Positions 9,602 to 20,770 are shown, counted from the stretch's first letter. The stretch is 64,000 nucleotides of DNA from an uncultured Nitrososphaerales archaeon (GCA_963695855.1 CAVOHZ010000010.1:1536001-1600000), one strand, 5' to 3'. Translations and numbers: made by a program. The notes: a model not told the origin generated them from the letters alone.

Positions 9602-12349
9602 TCAACCTATTTCAGTGGTGTTAACATATCTTTCTGCTAAATTAATTATCTCATCAATTTTATCTTTAAATTTGCCTCCTCCTTGTCCAAATTTAGAGTC
9701 TCCTCCACCAGAACCTCCTAACCTAACAGAAAAATCCTTGGCAATTTTGCCCGCATGATAACCATATCTTCTTGCTTCTTCACCTACGAACACTATTACC
9801 CGTATTCCATTTTCTTTAGATATCAGAGATGCATATAACAGAAGGGGATCCAATTCTATGGATTTTTCACCAATAACAATATGATATTCTTCATCTAATT
9901 CATCATCAAAAGTAGAATATAACTTTACACCTTGATCTGATATTTGCTTCCCATTATGAGACACATTTTGTGCAAGTACTGGAGCAATTTTTCTCATAAT
10001 GACTTTTAGCTTTGTTTTTAATTTTTCAGATTCATAGAAATATCGCTGAAAGGATTCTGTCAATCTTTCTTTACTAGATCCTAATGTGTGTGTGATAAGA
10101 GAAATGTTGCGATCTTGGTTTTTGATAAAATCTATTGCAGATTGACCTGCTACAAATTCCAATCTTACAACACCATCTTGAATTCTTTCTGATTTTAGGA
10201 TTTTTATTAATCCTATTTCACCAGTTTTACTAACGTGTGTACCTCCACAAGCTTCAATATCAAAATTACTTATATTCACTATTCTAACATTGTTAGATGG
10301 AACAACACCTCCTTGATATATCCTAAAAGAGAATTTTCGTTCACTTTCTCCTCTTTCATATTCTTTGATATTAACATCAAGGTTCTTCATGACTATATCA
10401 TTAGCAGTATTTTCAATCCTTTCTACCTGCTCTTTAGTTAGAGCAGAATGATGTGTTATATCAAGTCGCCCATAATTTACATCCTTAAACGCTGAATTTT
10501 GCCATACCCAAGATCCAAGATTAGATCTTGATGATGAATTTAATATGTGAGTCGCAGTATGATGTTTGGTGATGGAATCACGTCTTTTGGAATCGATCCT
10601 ACAATTTACAATCAAACCTTCTTTAATAGAAGATAATTTTTCTAATCTGTGAATAACAAGATCTCTATGTTTAACAACCTCTAATACTTTTGAGTCAGAT
10701 ATAATTCCGTTATCTGGTTCCTGACCCCCTCCCCTAGGATAAAATGCTGTTTTATCCAATATTACATAGTTTCCGTTAATAATTTTAACGACTTTGGCTG
10801 AAAAATCTCTTATAAGAGGATCTTCATAATATAGCAGTTTTGTTGGAGGTAATTGTTCATCAAATCCCTTTAAAGGGTCCAAAGTATTTGATTTTTGAGT
10901 ATAACTGTGGAGCTCCGCTAATTTGACATAAAAATTGGACGGTATTTCCGTTATGACTTTAACTTCCTTTAGAAAATCTGGTGTAATACCATCAGATTCA
11001 TACAACGTTATAAGTTCTTCTACAGTAAGTTGTTTTTGTGTCCTTTTTATATCATTAGCAATATCATTCATGCGATCTCTAGTACTACTATATCTTTCTG
11101 ATTCCAACTTGAGAATTGTATGAACTTCCTTCTGATATTCTTCTAATTCAGGATACATATTTTTTAGGTATCTTATATGTAGATCCATTAATTCTTCAAT
11201 TTTTATATCCCACGCAAATCTTTCAATTATTGAAAGGATTCTTCGCAAGAGAATTCTTAAATTATAACCACCTCCTACATTTGATGGTAGAGAACCATCA
11301 GAAATAGCAAATAGAAGTGTTCTACTGTGATCAGCTATAGTATAAATTGCCTCATATGGGGAAACAATTTTATCGAGCTGTTCGAATGAAATATTCATTT
11401 CTTTGGCAATTCTTTGTTTTAGAATTTTGATCTTATTGGATTGAGAATCAGCCATATCATTAAAGTTCTTTGAGACTAACTTGAAGTAATTTGAGAGTAA
11501 TTCTTTATCTTTATCCGCTCCCGTAAGATTCTCCATATATTGGATAACAGATCCGAAACAACAATCATAGCTTGTTGGCGTTCCCATAGTTATCCACGAA
11601 AATCTTTCTAGTCCTGCACCCATGTCAATAATTTTGTTCTTCATTATTCTGTAATTGTTTTCATCTCCTTCAAATTCAGTGAATACAGCGTTTCCAAGTT
11701 CTAAACCGCGAACAAAATATTCTAGAGAATATCCAAAAGCTCCAGCTCCCATCCAGACATCCTCTACAAAGGTTATCTCGTTTTGATTTATTCCCAAAAC
11801 TTTTGTAAGTAGATTAAAATCTAATTCAATACATCTATCTTTCCAATAACCTCCAGGAGTATTCGCATTACATGTTTGACCTATCATACAAAAACTAGTA
11901 TAATGTCTTCCACTTACCCCAACATTTTCAACGTCATTGAATCTCAAACACATTTGGGGTACAACTAGAGGATTTGATGGTAATTCAAAAATAACTTTAT
12001 CGCCAATTATTCTTTGAAAATCTACGATTGACGCGATCGTGAAATAGAGATCTTCACGCCATCTACAAACTACTGGATATCTTCTGACTATCGAGTGTTT
12101 TTGTGATCTGAAATATTTTTCTACCTCTTTCCAAGCATTAACATAATCAAACCTTTTAGTAGTAGGAGAATTTCCAATAAAATCATATTTTTCATGATCT
12201 GGACATACCTCTTTATCTAAGATAGACCAGAAGAATTTTCCACAGTTTACACAATTATGGCGTTTGAATCCTACTCTATCAAATAATGAAACCCTATAAT
12301 ATTTATCAGGATCGGATGAAAATAGAGTAGATATTTCTTTCTTGCCCAA
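9602..12349 (-). CDS. alaS: alanine--tRNA ligase
   Basis: IDMGAGLER, IADHSR, editing motifs HHTATH and CGGTH, C-terminal GGSGGG. Confidence 0.96.
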   Translation of the reverse strand: MGKKEISTLFSSDPDKYYRVSLFDRVGFKRHNCVNCGKFFWSILDKEVCPDHEKYDFIGNSPTTKRFDYVNAWKEVEKYFRSQKHSIVRRYPVVCRWREDLYFTIASIVDFQRIIGDKVIFELPSNPLVVPQMCLRFNDVENVGVSGRHYTSFCMIGQTCNANTPGGYWKDRCIELDFNLLTKVLGINQNEITFVEDVWMGAGAFGYSLEYFVRGLELGNAVFTEFEGDENNYRIMKNKIIDMGAGLERFSWITMGTPTSYDCCFGSVIQYMENLTGADKDKELLSNYFKLVSKNFNDMADSQSNKIKILKQRIAKEMNISFEQLDKIVSPYEAIYTIADHSRTLLFAISDGSLPSNVGGGYNLRILLRRILSIIERFAWDIKIEELMDLHIRYLKNMYPELEEYQKEVHTILKLESERYSSTRDRMNDIANDIKRTQKQLTVEELITLYESDGITPDFLKEVKVITEIPSNFYVKLAELHSYTQKSNTLDPLKGFDEQLPPTKLLYYEDPLIRDFSAKVVKIINGNYVILDKTAFYPRGGGQEPDNGIISDSKVLEVVKHRDLVIHRLEKLSSIKEGLIVNCRIDSKRRDSITKHHTATHILNSSSRSNLGSWVWQNSAFKDVNYGRLDITHHSALTKEQVERIENTANDIVMKNLDVNIKEYERGESERKFSFRIYQGGVVPSNNVRIVNISNFDIEACGGTHVSKTGEIGLIKILKSERIQDGVVRLEFVAGQSAIDFIKNQDRNISLITHTLGSSKERLTESFQRYFYESEKLKTKLKVIMRKIAPVLAQNVSHNGKQISDQGVKLYSTFDDELDEEYHIVIGEKSIELDPLLLYASLISKENGIRVIVFVGEEARRYGYHAGKIAKDFSVRLGGSGGGDSKFGQGGGKFKDKIDEIINLAERYVNTTEIG

Positions 12350-12441
12350 CTAATGCTACGGATATAATAGTCTATATTAATGCCTTTTTGAAAAATATTT
12401 TAAAAAAAATTAAGAAATGAATTGAAAGAAAATAAGAGTAG

Positions 12442-12783
12442 CTAGTTCTTTGCAAGCGATTCTTCAATAAATTTTTGATAAGCTTCTTTAGGCGCCGCAC
12501 CTACCGTTCTTGCAATCTCATTTCCATTTTTAAATAACAATAGCGAAGGGATGGAATGGATACCGTATTTTACAGCAATCTCTTGGTTTTCATCAACGTT
12601 GACCTTTGCAATTTTAACTTTTCCATCTAGAATTTTTGAAAGTTGTTCTACTGCTGGACCCACCATTCTACATGGACCACACCATTCTGCCCAAAAATCA
12701 ACAAAAACAGGTAATTGGGAATTTATCACTTCTGCTTCCCAAGAATCCTTATCTACATGAAGTAGATTCTCATAGTTCCCCAT
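12442..12783 (-). CDS. trxA: thioredoxin
   Basis: DFWAEWCGPC. Confidence 0.93.
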   Translation of the reverse strand: MGNYENLLHVDKDSWEAEVINSQLPVFVDFWAEWCGPCRMVGPAVEQLSKILDGKVKIAKVNVDENQEIAVKYGIHSIPSLLLFKNGNEIARTVGAAPKEAYQKFIEESLAKN

Positions 12784-13013
12784 AATCTGAAAATATGAAT
12801 AAGGATATTTGAACTATACTAATAAAAAAATATAATTTTAAAAATAGTCTGTGATTATAGATAGTTTTTTACTAATAATTTAACACGACTTTAAATTTAT
12901 CTTTTATTGAAAATAATTTTTGCCGGAAAAAGAAATTTGCTGGTGAATTTATGAATTGTATAATTAAATTCTTTGATAACTCCGTAAAGCACTATATAAA
13001 AAATAAATTAGTG

Positions 13014-13032
13014 TTGTATAAACCTTATACAA
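13014..13032. promoter_or_regulatory. perfect 8-3-8 palindrome at the probable aspS transcription start, candidate operator
   Basis: TTGTATAA-ACC-TTATACAA, downstream of TATA-like TATATAAA (12993-13000) and 10 nt before the aspS ORF. Confidence 0.4.
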
Positions 13033-13042
13033 TATCTAGGTT

Positions 13043-14410
13043 TTGAAATTGGATGAAATGTTAAAGGAAGAAGAATTGGGAAAATGGAGAAAAAATCAAT
13101 ATTCTTCTGACATTGACCATTCCTTTGAAGGAAAAATTGTTACTTTGATGGGATGGGTTTCAAGTGTTAGAGATCATGGAAATATTCAATTTATAATGTT
13201 AAGAGACAAGCAAGGAGATTTACAAGTTATAGCTAAAAAAGGACAATGTTCAGACGATATATATTATCAAATATCCAAAATAAGGGAACATACTTCTATG
13301 GCCATTCGTGGAAAGGTAATATCACAGAAAAAGGCTCCAAACGGTGTAGAGATAATGCCGCTTGAGCTTAAAATATTTTCTATTCCTATTAAAGCGCCTC
13401 CATTTATGATTCAACATAAGGATCCAGCTGGTATAGATACAAGATTAGATTTTAGAGCTATTGATCTCAGAAGAAAACATCTGCAAAATATTTTTATTAT
13501 TCGAGATTCTGTCCTAAAATTTACTAGAGAATTTTTAGCTAATGAAAGATTTATAGAAGTTAACACTCCAAAGATTATTGCCACAGCATCTGAAGGAGGT
13601 ACAGCATTATTTCCAATATTTTACTATGACAGAGAAGCATTTATGGCACAGAGTCCTCAGATATACAAAGAACAATTGACATTATCTTTTGAGAATGTTT
13701 TTGAAATAGGTCCTATCTTTAGGGCAGAACCCTCTCGTACAAATAGACACTTATCTGAAGCTACTTCTATAGATATCGAAAAAGCTTTTGTGGATTATAA
13801 TGATATCATGACAATGTTGGAAAAATTTATCAAATATGTAATAAAGTCATTAAAGGAAAATAACTCGAAAGAAATTGCCGAGCTTGAAATAGATTCACAT
13901 ATTATCAACAATTTAATGATTGATAATACTGGTACTGAATCTTTCCCCAGATACAAATATTCAGATATGATAGAAAGATTAAGAGAATCTGATGAGAGGA
14001 TTAGATGGGGAGATGATATCTCACCGCAGCTCATTAACAAACTTGAAGATGAGAAGTTAAATGGATTTTACTTTATAGTGGATTGGCCATCATCTACGAA
14101 ACCATTTTATGTTAAAGAAAAGTTATTAGATCCTAAAATTTGCGAGTCATTTGATTTAATGTATGGTTCTTTAGAAATATCTTCTGGAAGTACAAGAATT
14201 AGTAATAAAGATATTCTTGTAAACAGGATGAAAAAAAAAGGCCTCAATTTGAATTCCTTTGATTATCATTTGCGTATTTTTGATTATGGAGTACCTCCTC
14301 ATGCAGGATGTGGTATAGGTCTTGAAAGATTATTAATGACGATTACTAAGGTAGATAATATTAGAGATACTATATTATATCCAAGAGATATTGATAGATT
14401 ATCTCCTTAA
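13043..14410 (+). CDS. aspS: aspartate--tRNA(Asp/Asn) ligase, likely non-discriminating
   Basis: OB-fold N-terminus, AQSPQ, FRAE, PPHAGCGIGLER; directly upstream of gatCAB. Confidence 0.95.
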   Translation: MKLDEMLKEEELGKWRKNQYSSDIDHSFEGKIVTLMGWVSSVRDHGNIQFIMLRDKQGDLQVIAKKGQCSDDIYYQISKIREHTSMAIRGKVISQKKAPNGVEIMPLELKIFSIPIKAPPFMIQHKDPAGIDTRLDFRAIDLRRKHLQNIFIIRDSVLKFTREFLANERFIEVNTPKIIATASEGGTALFPIFYYDREAFMAQSPQIYKEQLTLSFENVFEIGPIFRAEPSRTNRHLSEATSIDIEKAFVDYNDIMTMLEKFIKYVIKSLKENNSKEIAELEIDSHIINNLMIDNTGTESFPRYKYSDMIERLRESDERIRWGDDISPQLINKLEDEKLNGFYFIVDWPSSTKPFYVKEKLLDPKICESFDLMYGSLEISSGSTRISNKDILVNRMKKKGLNLNSFDYHLRIFDYGVPPHAGCGIGLERLLMTITKVDNIRDTILYPRDIDRLSP

Positions 14411-14429
14411 TGAATAGGATCTTTAGAAT

Positions 14430-14702
14430 ATGATCACAAAAGACGAACTTAAGCATCTCAGTAAACTTTCCAAAATAGAACTATCTGAAGAAGAGTATGA
14501 AATATATGTAAAACAGATTGAAAAGATTGTTGGATATTTGGATAAATTAGATCAAATATCTTTAAATGAAATAGAGTCATATTCAATGATAAAGAAAATT
14601 TCAGATTTAAGAGATGATGAAGTTAATGAATTTGATAGAGACATACAGAAGGTCATAAAAAATAAAAAAGACAAATTTGTCAGAGGTCCACAGATGAATT
14701 AG
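14430..14702 (+). CDS. gatC: amidotransferase subunit C
   Basis: Size, HLSKLSKI and LRDD motifs, position before gatA. Confidence 0.9.
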   Translation: MITKDELKHLSKLSKIELSEEEYEIYVKQIEKIVGYLDKLDQISLNEIESYSMIKKISDLRDDEVNEFDRDIQKVIKNKKDKFVRGPQMN

Positions 14703-14703
14703 T

Positions 14704-16161
14704 ATGTCAAATCTGCCAAAATTAGATGTTCAGGGTGTAGTAGAGGGTATTAGAAATAGATATTTTACTGCTGAAGAATATGTTTCTTCGTTACTGGATA
14801 GAATAGAAAAGATAGACAAAAAGATTAATGCATTTATAACACTTAATAAGAATGCCTTAAACCAAGCAAAAGAGATCGATAAAAAGATAAAAAGGGGAGA
14901 TCCTGTTGGGTCTTTAGCTGGAATAGGTATAGGAATTAAAGATAATATAAGTACAATAAATCTAAAAACTACCTGTGCCTCTAAAATGTTATCAGAATAT
15001 GTTCCCCCATATAATGCCACCGTAGTAAAAAGACTGCTAGACAAGGATGCAATAATTATAGGAAAGGTAAACTTGGATGAATTTGCTATGGGATCAACTA
15101 CAGAATGGAGTTTTTTTGGTTTGACACGAAATCCATGGAAGACAGATTATGTTTGTGGAGGGTCTTCTGGGGGAAGTGCAGCAAGTGTTGCAGCACAAAT
15201 GTGTACTGTATCACTAGGTTCAGACACCGGGGGATCGATACGATGTCCATCCAGTTTTTGTTCTGTCGTAGGATTGAAACCTACATATGGTTTGGTTAGT
15301 AGATACGGCCTTATTTCATATTCTAATAGCTTGGAACAAATTGGTCCTATTGGTAAAAATGTTTCAGATGTCAGAGAAATATTTTCTATCATTTCTGGAA
15401 AAGACTTTAATGATAATACTACTTTAGACAACAACATATATAATCGTAATACAGTAAATAATAAATCATACAATAATAAGAAGATAAAAATAGGATTAAT
15501 AAAAGAATTAATTGACGGAGCTGATGTAGATGTTTCCAAGTGTGTTTATTCTTCAATGGACGTTTTTAAGAATCTAGACTTTGAGTGTGAAGAGACCTCA
15601 TTGAAATCTACAGAATATGCACTTGCCTCATATTACACTATAGCCACAGCCGAAGCTAGCAGTAACCTTGCAAGATATGATAACATACGATATGGTTTTG
15701 AATTAGATCCTGAGGAATATGAATGGAATGTTTATTTTTCAAAAGCAAGAGGAAATTTTGGAAATGAGGTTAAACGTAGAATAATAGTTGGTACATATGT
15801 ATTGTCTTCTGGATACTATGGAAAATATTACCTTAAAGCCCAGAAAGCTAGATCTATGATAAAGACGGAATTAAAGCAATTGTTCAAGAAATATGATTTA
15901 TTACTATCTTCAACTGTTCCTGTTCTTCCGTTTAAAATTGGAGAAAAGATAGATGATCCACTGATGATGTATCTGATAGATGTAAATACCGTTTTAGCCA
16001 ATTTATCTGGCATTCCCGCTATATCTATTCCTGCTGGACTCAAAGATGGTCTTCCGATAGGAATTCAAATAATGGCAGATGAATTGCAGGAAGATAAACT
16101 ATTTAATTCAAGTGAATTATTTGAAAAATCTATTAATATTAATTCATATCCAGATCTATAA
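14704..16161 (+). CDS. gatA: amidotransferase subunit A
   Basis: Amidase signature GGSSGGS, GSDTGGSIR, EASSNLARYD. Confidence 0.96.
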   Translation: MSNLPKLDVQGVVEGIRNRYFTAEEYVSSLLDRIEKIDKKINAFITLNKNALNQAKEIDKKIKRGDPVGSLAGIGIGIKDNISTINLKTTCASKMLSEYVPPYNATVVKRLLDKDAIIIGKVNLDEFAMGSTTEWSFFGLTRNPWKTDYVCGGSSGGSAASVAAQMCTVSLGSDTGGSIRCPSSFCSVVGLKPTYGLVSRYGLISYSNSLEQIGPIGKNVSDVREIFSIISGKDFNDNTTLDNNIYNRNTVNNKSYNNKKIKIGLIKELIDGADVDVSKCVYSSMDVFKNLDFECEETSLKSTEYALASYYTIATAEASSNLARYDNIRYGFELDPEEYEWNVYFSKARGNFGNEVKRRIIVGTYVLSSGYYGKYYLKAQKARSMIKTELKQLFKKYDLLLSSTVPVLPFKIGEKIDDPLMMYLIDVNTVLANLSGIPAISIPAGLKDGLPIGIQIMADELQEDKLFNSSELFEKSININSYPDL

Positions 16162-17585
16162 TGGTCCTTCCAGTTAAAATTGGTCTTGAGATACACTGCC
16201 AGCTAACAGAATTGAATAGTAAATTATTTTGTTCGTGCTATTCAAACTATCGAGGAAAAGACATCAACGAAAATATATGTCCAGTCTGTATAGGTTTACC
16301 AGGAAGTCTGCCTATTTTGAATAAAAAGGCATTAGAACATGCCATCATGATCTCGAAAGCCCTAAATTGTAAAGTACCAGAAATAACTATGTTTTCAAGG
16401 AAAAATTACTTTTATCCTGATCTGCCAAAAAATTTTCAGATTACACAATATGATTCCAATGAAACCGATACTAGTATTGGTAAAAATGGTATTGTATTCT
16501 ATGGAAATAACAAAAAGACAAGAATTAGAAGAATTCAATTAGAGGAGGACCCAGGTCGGCTTATTTTTGAAGAGGGTAGACAACAAGCATTAATTGATTA
16601 CAATAGATCTGGTGTTGCACTTGTAGAAATAGTAACTGAACCTGATTTTACTGACCCAAAAGATGTAAGATTATTTCTCAATAAAATGACTTCAATACTA
16701 GAACATTTAGGTGTATGTCATACAGACTTGGAAGGATCTGTTAGATGTGACGCCAATGTTTCTATTGGAGATGGAAAAAAAGTTGAAATAAAAAATGTTG
16801 GATCGTTCGGAGATGTAGAGAAAGCCCTTGCGTACGAGATAACAAGACAGCAAACAATGAATTTACATGAGATTGAGATAAAGGCAGAAACTCGTCATTG
16901 GGATGATAAAAGGAAGATAACAAAGCAATCAAGATCGAAAGAAGAAGAAGAAGATTATCGGTATTTTCTAGAACCGGATATACCAAAAATCATGGTGGAA
17001 GAAAAATACATTGCTTCTCTCCAGATTCCAGAACTTCCGGATGATAGAAAATCTAGATTTATTAATAACTTCGGATTATCAGAACATGTATCCCAAATAC
17101 TTATCGATAATAAGGAATTAGGAGACCTCTTTGAATCTGCTGTCAATATATATAATTCTCCGGTATCAATATCAAATTGGATAGTTAGTGATATTTTGGC
17201 TTTCGCGGATTATGATTCATCTGGGAAAAAGTCTCTAAAAAAGATGAAGATCAATGCTAACCATATCGCAGAAATTGCAAAATTGGTTGATAATAACAAA
17301 ATTAATAGAACAACTGCTAAAAATATTATTGGCAAAATTATTAAAACTGGAGAATTGCCTTCAAAGTTAATAAATGGAAAAGAGGTTACTATGATTACAG
17401 ATGAACAAATCCTCAATGAAACGATTAACAAAATATTTGAGGAGGGAAGAAATGTAGTAATTGATACAAAAAAAAATATCAATGCCATTAATTTTCTATT
17501 GGGAAAAGTGATGATGGCTACTCGCGGAAGAGCAGATCCTAAGATTACTATGAAGTTAATAAGAAAAAAATTAGAACAAATTTAG
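16161..17585 (+). CDS. gatB: amidotransferase subunit B
   Basis: IGLEIH, RKNYFYPDLPK, RCDANVS, DYRYF. Confidence 0.96.
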   Translation: MVLPVKIGLEIHCQLTELNSKLFCSCYSNYRGKDINENICPVCIGLPGSLPILNKKALEHAIMISKALNCKVPEITMFSRKNYFYPDLPKNFQITQYDSNETDTSIGKNGIVFYGNNKKTRIRRIQLEEDPGRLIFEEGRQQALIDYNRSGVALVEIVTEPDFTDPKDVRLFLNKMTSILEHLGVCHTDLEGSVRCDANVSIGDGKKVEIKNVGSFGDVEKALAYEITRQQTMNLHEIEIKAETRHWDDKRKITKQSRSKEEEEDYRYFLEPDIPKIMVEEKYIASLQIPELPDDRKSRFINNFGLSEHVSQILIDNKELGDLFESAVNIYNSPVSISNWIVSDILAFADYDSSGKKSLKKMKINANHIAEIAKLVDNNKINRTTAKNIIGKIIKTGELPSKLINGKEVTMITDEQILNETINKIFEEGRNVVIDTKKNINAINFLLGKVMMATRGRADPKITMKLIRKKLEQI

Positions 17586-17675
17586 AATTAAAATATCAAA
17601 TAAAAAAATAAATTAGCGTTACCAAAAAAATGTAATGGATCCAAGAACAATATTTCCTCGACTAAAGTACTACCT

Positions 17676-18905
17676 CTAAAAATCTTTTAAATGTTGCAGT
17701 ATCATTGGAAGAAATACACCCACATCAGTTACTATTCCAATAGCTTGAGTTGTACCTCTATCCAATAGTTTGGTGACAACAGATTGATTTATATCAACTG
17801 CAATGACTTTTACATACGAGGGTAACATATTTCCTACGGCGATTGAATGCAACATTGATGAAAGCATTATTACCATTTTTACATCCTTCAAAATTTCTTT
17901 ATATTTCCTTTGAGCCTCAACAATATCAGTAACAACATCTGGAATAGGACCATCGTCTCTTATAGATCCAGACAATACATATGGAATATTATTTTTAATA
18001 CATTCATACATAATTCCTTTCGTTAGAGATCCCTTTTCAACCATTTTCTTTATTGAACCGTATTTAAAAACTTCATTGATTGACTGCATGTGATTTCTGT
18101 GTCCTCGTACTGCTAAAGTTCCGTCATCGATATTCATTCCAAGAGAAGTACCCAATAATGCATTTTCAATATCATGAACTGCTAACGCATTTCCAGCAAG
18201 TAACCCGTCAATATAGCCCATACTTATTAATTTGGCTAAGGATTGTGAACCACCAGAGTGTACTATTACTGGTCCTCCTACGGCAACTATTTTACCTTTT
18301 TTTTGTTTTACATCATAAATATCGTTTGCTACTTTTTTGATAATATGTTGGGTTGGTCTCTCACTAGATGAGCTACTACTCATAAATTGAAATATATCGA
18401 CTCCCTGACGCGGTCTTTCTTCTGGGATAATTCTTATGCCTCTTTCCTTTACTACTACAGGATCTCCTTTTTTTATATCTCTTATCATTTTACATTCGGC
18501 AATATTTTTTTGTGTATCAACCACTATACACTTATCCATCATAATATTTTTGACATCGATCCATTTTCCACCATAATAAATCTGCGTTGGTTTATTAGTA
18601 GTACTATAAAACAAATCTGGCATAACCATATTCGCTGGAGATGGTTCCAACAAGACATCTTTTTTAGTGATTGGTTGAGCACCTTCTCTATAAACAGCTT
18701 CTAATATCTCATCTAGGTGTTTTTGGTCCTTGCCGTTTATTACTAGTCTGGCATAACTAGGAGATGTTTTCTTTCGACCGACGTTAAATTCAATAACTTT
18801 GAAATCACCTTTTAGATCCATGATCTTATCGAAAATATTAGTCAGGATCATTGAATCAATCAAATGGCCTTTAACTTCTATTTCCTGTTCTATTTTTTTC
18901 GCCAA
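17676..18905 (-). CDS. LOR/SDH-domain (TIGR00300-like) protein, probable ornithine cyclodeaminase
   Basis: GHLIDS, FYSTTN, LAGNALAVHDIE, GSIRDDGP, LHSIAVGN. Confidence 0.85.
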   Translation of the reverse strand: MAKKIEQEIEVKGHLIDSMILTNIFDKIMDLKGDFKVIEFNVGRKKTSPSYARLVINGKDQKHLDEILEAVYREGAQPITKKDVLLEPSPANMVMPDLFYSTTNKPTQIYYGGKWIDVKNIMMDKCIVVDTQKNIAECKMIRDIKKGDPVVVKERGIRIIPEERPRQGVDIFQFMSSSSSSERPTQHIIKKVANDIYDVKQKKGKIVAVGGPVIVHSGGSQSLAKLISMGYIDGLLAGNALAVHDIENALLGTSLGMNIDDGTLAVRGHRNHMQSINEVFKYGSIKKMVEKGSLTKGIMYECIKNNIPYVLSGSIRDDGPIPDVVTDIVEAQRKYKEILKDVKMVIMLSSMLHSIAVGNMLPSYVKVIAVDINQSVVTKLLDRGTTQAIGIVTDVGVFLPMILQHLKDF

Positions 18906-18945
18906 ATTACATTGTTAGATACAGTGTTGGGTACTTAAGGGTTAA

Positions 18946-19269
18946 TTATATAGGCAAAGATAATTTTCCAAAATACTCCTGTAACTTCTGCTCCTCTTTT
19001 ATTTTTAAAATAATATTATTCTTATCTTCTTCTGAAAACCATTGTGCAATAGTTTTTGCTATCCCATTACTATCACATAACACTATCATATATCCATTGG
19101 ATTCTTGAACCACTGCAACAAGATTTTCTTCTCCTACCGGAGACCAGTCATTTAATTTAGTATCTTTAAGGGCAAGAGCTGGCATTGCATTTCCCGTATA
19201 GAGTTCTAGAAGATCTCGTGCCTGTTTAACTCTTTTCTCTCCAAGTTTTAACGCCATAAAATATTGCAT
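18946..19269 (-). CDS. hypothetical protein
   Basis: 107-aa ORF in line with neighbours, normal composition. Confidence 0.7.
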   Translation of the reverse strand: MQYFMALKLGEKRVKQARDLLELYTGNAMPALALKDTKLNDWSPVGEENLVAVVQESNGYMIVLCDSNGIAKTIAQWFSEEDKNNIILKIKEEQKLQEYFGKLSLPI

Positions 19270-19279
19270 TTTATATACA

Positions 19280-19933
19280 TTATTTTTTATCTAAAGAGTA
19301 TTTTAAATTTTTCAAGATATTTGAAATACCTAAAATCCCATATAATGATGGATCATCTTCCTGATTACAATATTTTTCTATAGATTTGAAGAATTGTTCT
19401 AAATATCTGATTGGATAACCCTGAAGGAAATACTCTCTTGCTTGTAACAACATTTCTAACTTATCCATTTTATGAACTAATCGAGCTTCTTCTGATCCAT
19501 TTAACAAGAATTCTCTCCATATTCCAATGTAATCTATCCTGACGGAAACAGGAAGGGAAAACAATATGGATTTCATAACTTTATTTTCCTTCATCTTTTT
19601 TTCCTTCTCAGGAATTTCACCTGGCATAATATCACCCATTATTGATTCGGCCAGATCGTGTATTATACACATCTTCATTACTTTTCCAGTATCCAGACCT
19701 AAAATATCAGAAAAAACCATACAGAGTGCAGATAAGGAATAGCTGTGATCAGCAATAGATTCTCCATTAAGTATTTTTCCTTTCGCAAGCCATCCTGTTC
19801 TTTTTATTTTCTTTAATCTAAATATGGATTGAATAAAAGTGTCAATGTCTACATCATGGGATTCGTTGTTACTTACACTATTACTAATATCAATAATTTT
19901 ATTATCATCTTTAACATCATTTGGTGTATACAT
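19280..19933 (-). CDS. HD-domain hydrolase (5'-deoxynucleotidase-like)
   Basis: KRTGW, ESIADHS, IHDLAE, DKLE. Confidence 0.88.
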   Translation of the reverse strand: MYTPNDVKDDNKIIDISNSVSNNESHDVDIDTFIQSIFRLKKIKRTGWLAKGKILNGESIADHSYSLSALCMVFSDILGLDTGKVMKMCIIHDLAESIMGDIMPGEIPEKEKKMKENKVMKSILFSLPVSVRIDYIGIWREFLLNGSEEARLVHKMDKLEMLLQAREYFLQGYPIRYLEQFFKSIEKYCNQEDDPSLYGILGISNILKNLKYSLDKK

Positions 19934-19998
19934 ACAATATAAGAAAAAAACATGGGTTTTATCTTTTTATTCATTTAAGTGTAATATACCAAGATAAA

Positions 19999-20160
19999 TC
20001 ACGGCTGAATGATATAAGATATCATTATTAAATCTGATGAAAAGATAGACATAATCAACGGTTTTAGAAAGATGTCAAAAAGATGGGCTAGCAATATTGT
20101 AATAATTCCCATTATGACAGTAATTACTATGATTATAGCAACATTTCGTATTTGTCCCAT
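19999..20160 (-). CDS. 53-aa membrane microprotein (not in ORF track)
   Basis: ATG..TGA: MGQIRNVAIIIVITVIMGIITILLAHLFDIFLKPLIMSIFSSDLIMISYIIQP; fills the gap between co-oriented genes. Confidence 0.55.
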   Translation of the reverse strand: MGQIRNVAIIIVITVIMGIITILLAHLFDIFLKPLIMSIFSSDLIMISYIIQP

Positions 20161-20200
20161 TTAAAGACACTACTTTTTGATTGTAAATTTCTTAATTATA

Positions 20201-20770
20201 TTAAGATTTCCATGCAACATCGGATACACCTAATCTTTTATTTATCAATCTAGCTATGACAAACAACAAATCAGAGAATCTGTTTAAATAGACAAGTATC
20301 AAATTATTCACTGTTTCAGCTGAAGTAGAAAGTAATTTTGAAACGTTCGTTTCTGCTCTCCTAGTAATACTCCTAGCAATTTGAAGATGTGCTGATTCTA
20401 CAGAACCACCTGGCAATATAAAAAACGTTATAGGATCAAGTTCGCTTTCATACATGTCGATTTTATTTTCTAGATAATCTATCATCTCTTTTTTTACCCT
20501 AATAGAAGATGGTTTTTTCAAGTCAGGATCAGCGAGATCGGATCCCATAACAAAGAGATCATTCTGTAATGAGGTAAGTAATTCTATCAGATCTTGGAAA
20601 AAAAATGCGGAATTTTGTCTTTGTAGCAAAATTGAAATACATAATCCGACATAAGAATTAAGCTCATCAACGCTTCCATAACATATTATTCTTGCATCAT
20701 TCTTTGGTATTCTTTGGCCACCTATAAGACCAGTATATCCATTATCACCTGTCTTTGTATAAATCCTCAT
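20201..20770 (-). CDS. PduO-type ATP:cob(I)alamin adenosyltransferase
   Basis: IYTKTGD, YGSVDELNS, FILPGG, YLNRFSDLLF. Confidence 0.92.
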   Translation of the reverse strand: MRIYTKTGDNGYTGLIGGQRIPKNDARIICYGSVDELNSYVGLCISILLQRQNSAFFFQDLIELLTSLQNDLFVMGSDLADPDLKKPSSIRVKKEMIDYLENKIDMYESELDPITFFILPGGSVESAHLQIARSITRRAETNVSKLLSTSAETVNNLILVYLNRFSDLLFVIARLINKRLGVSDVAWKS

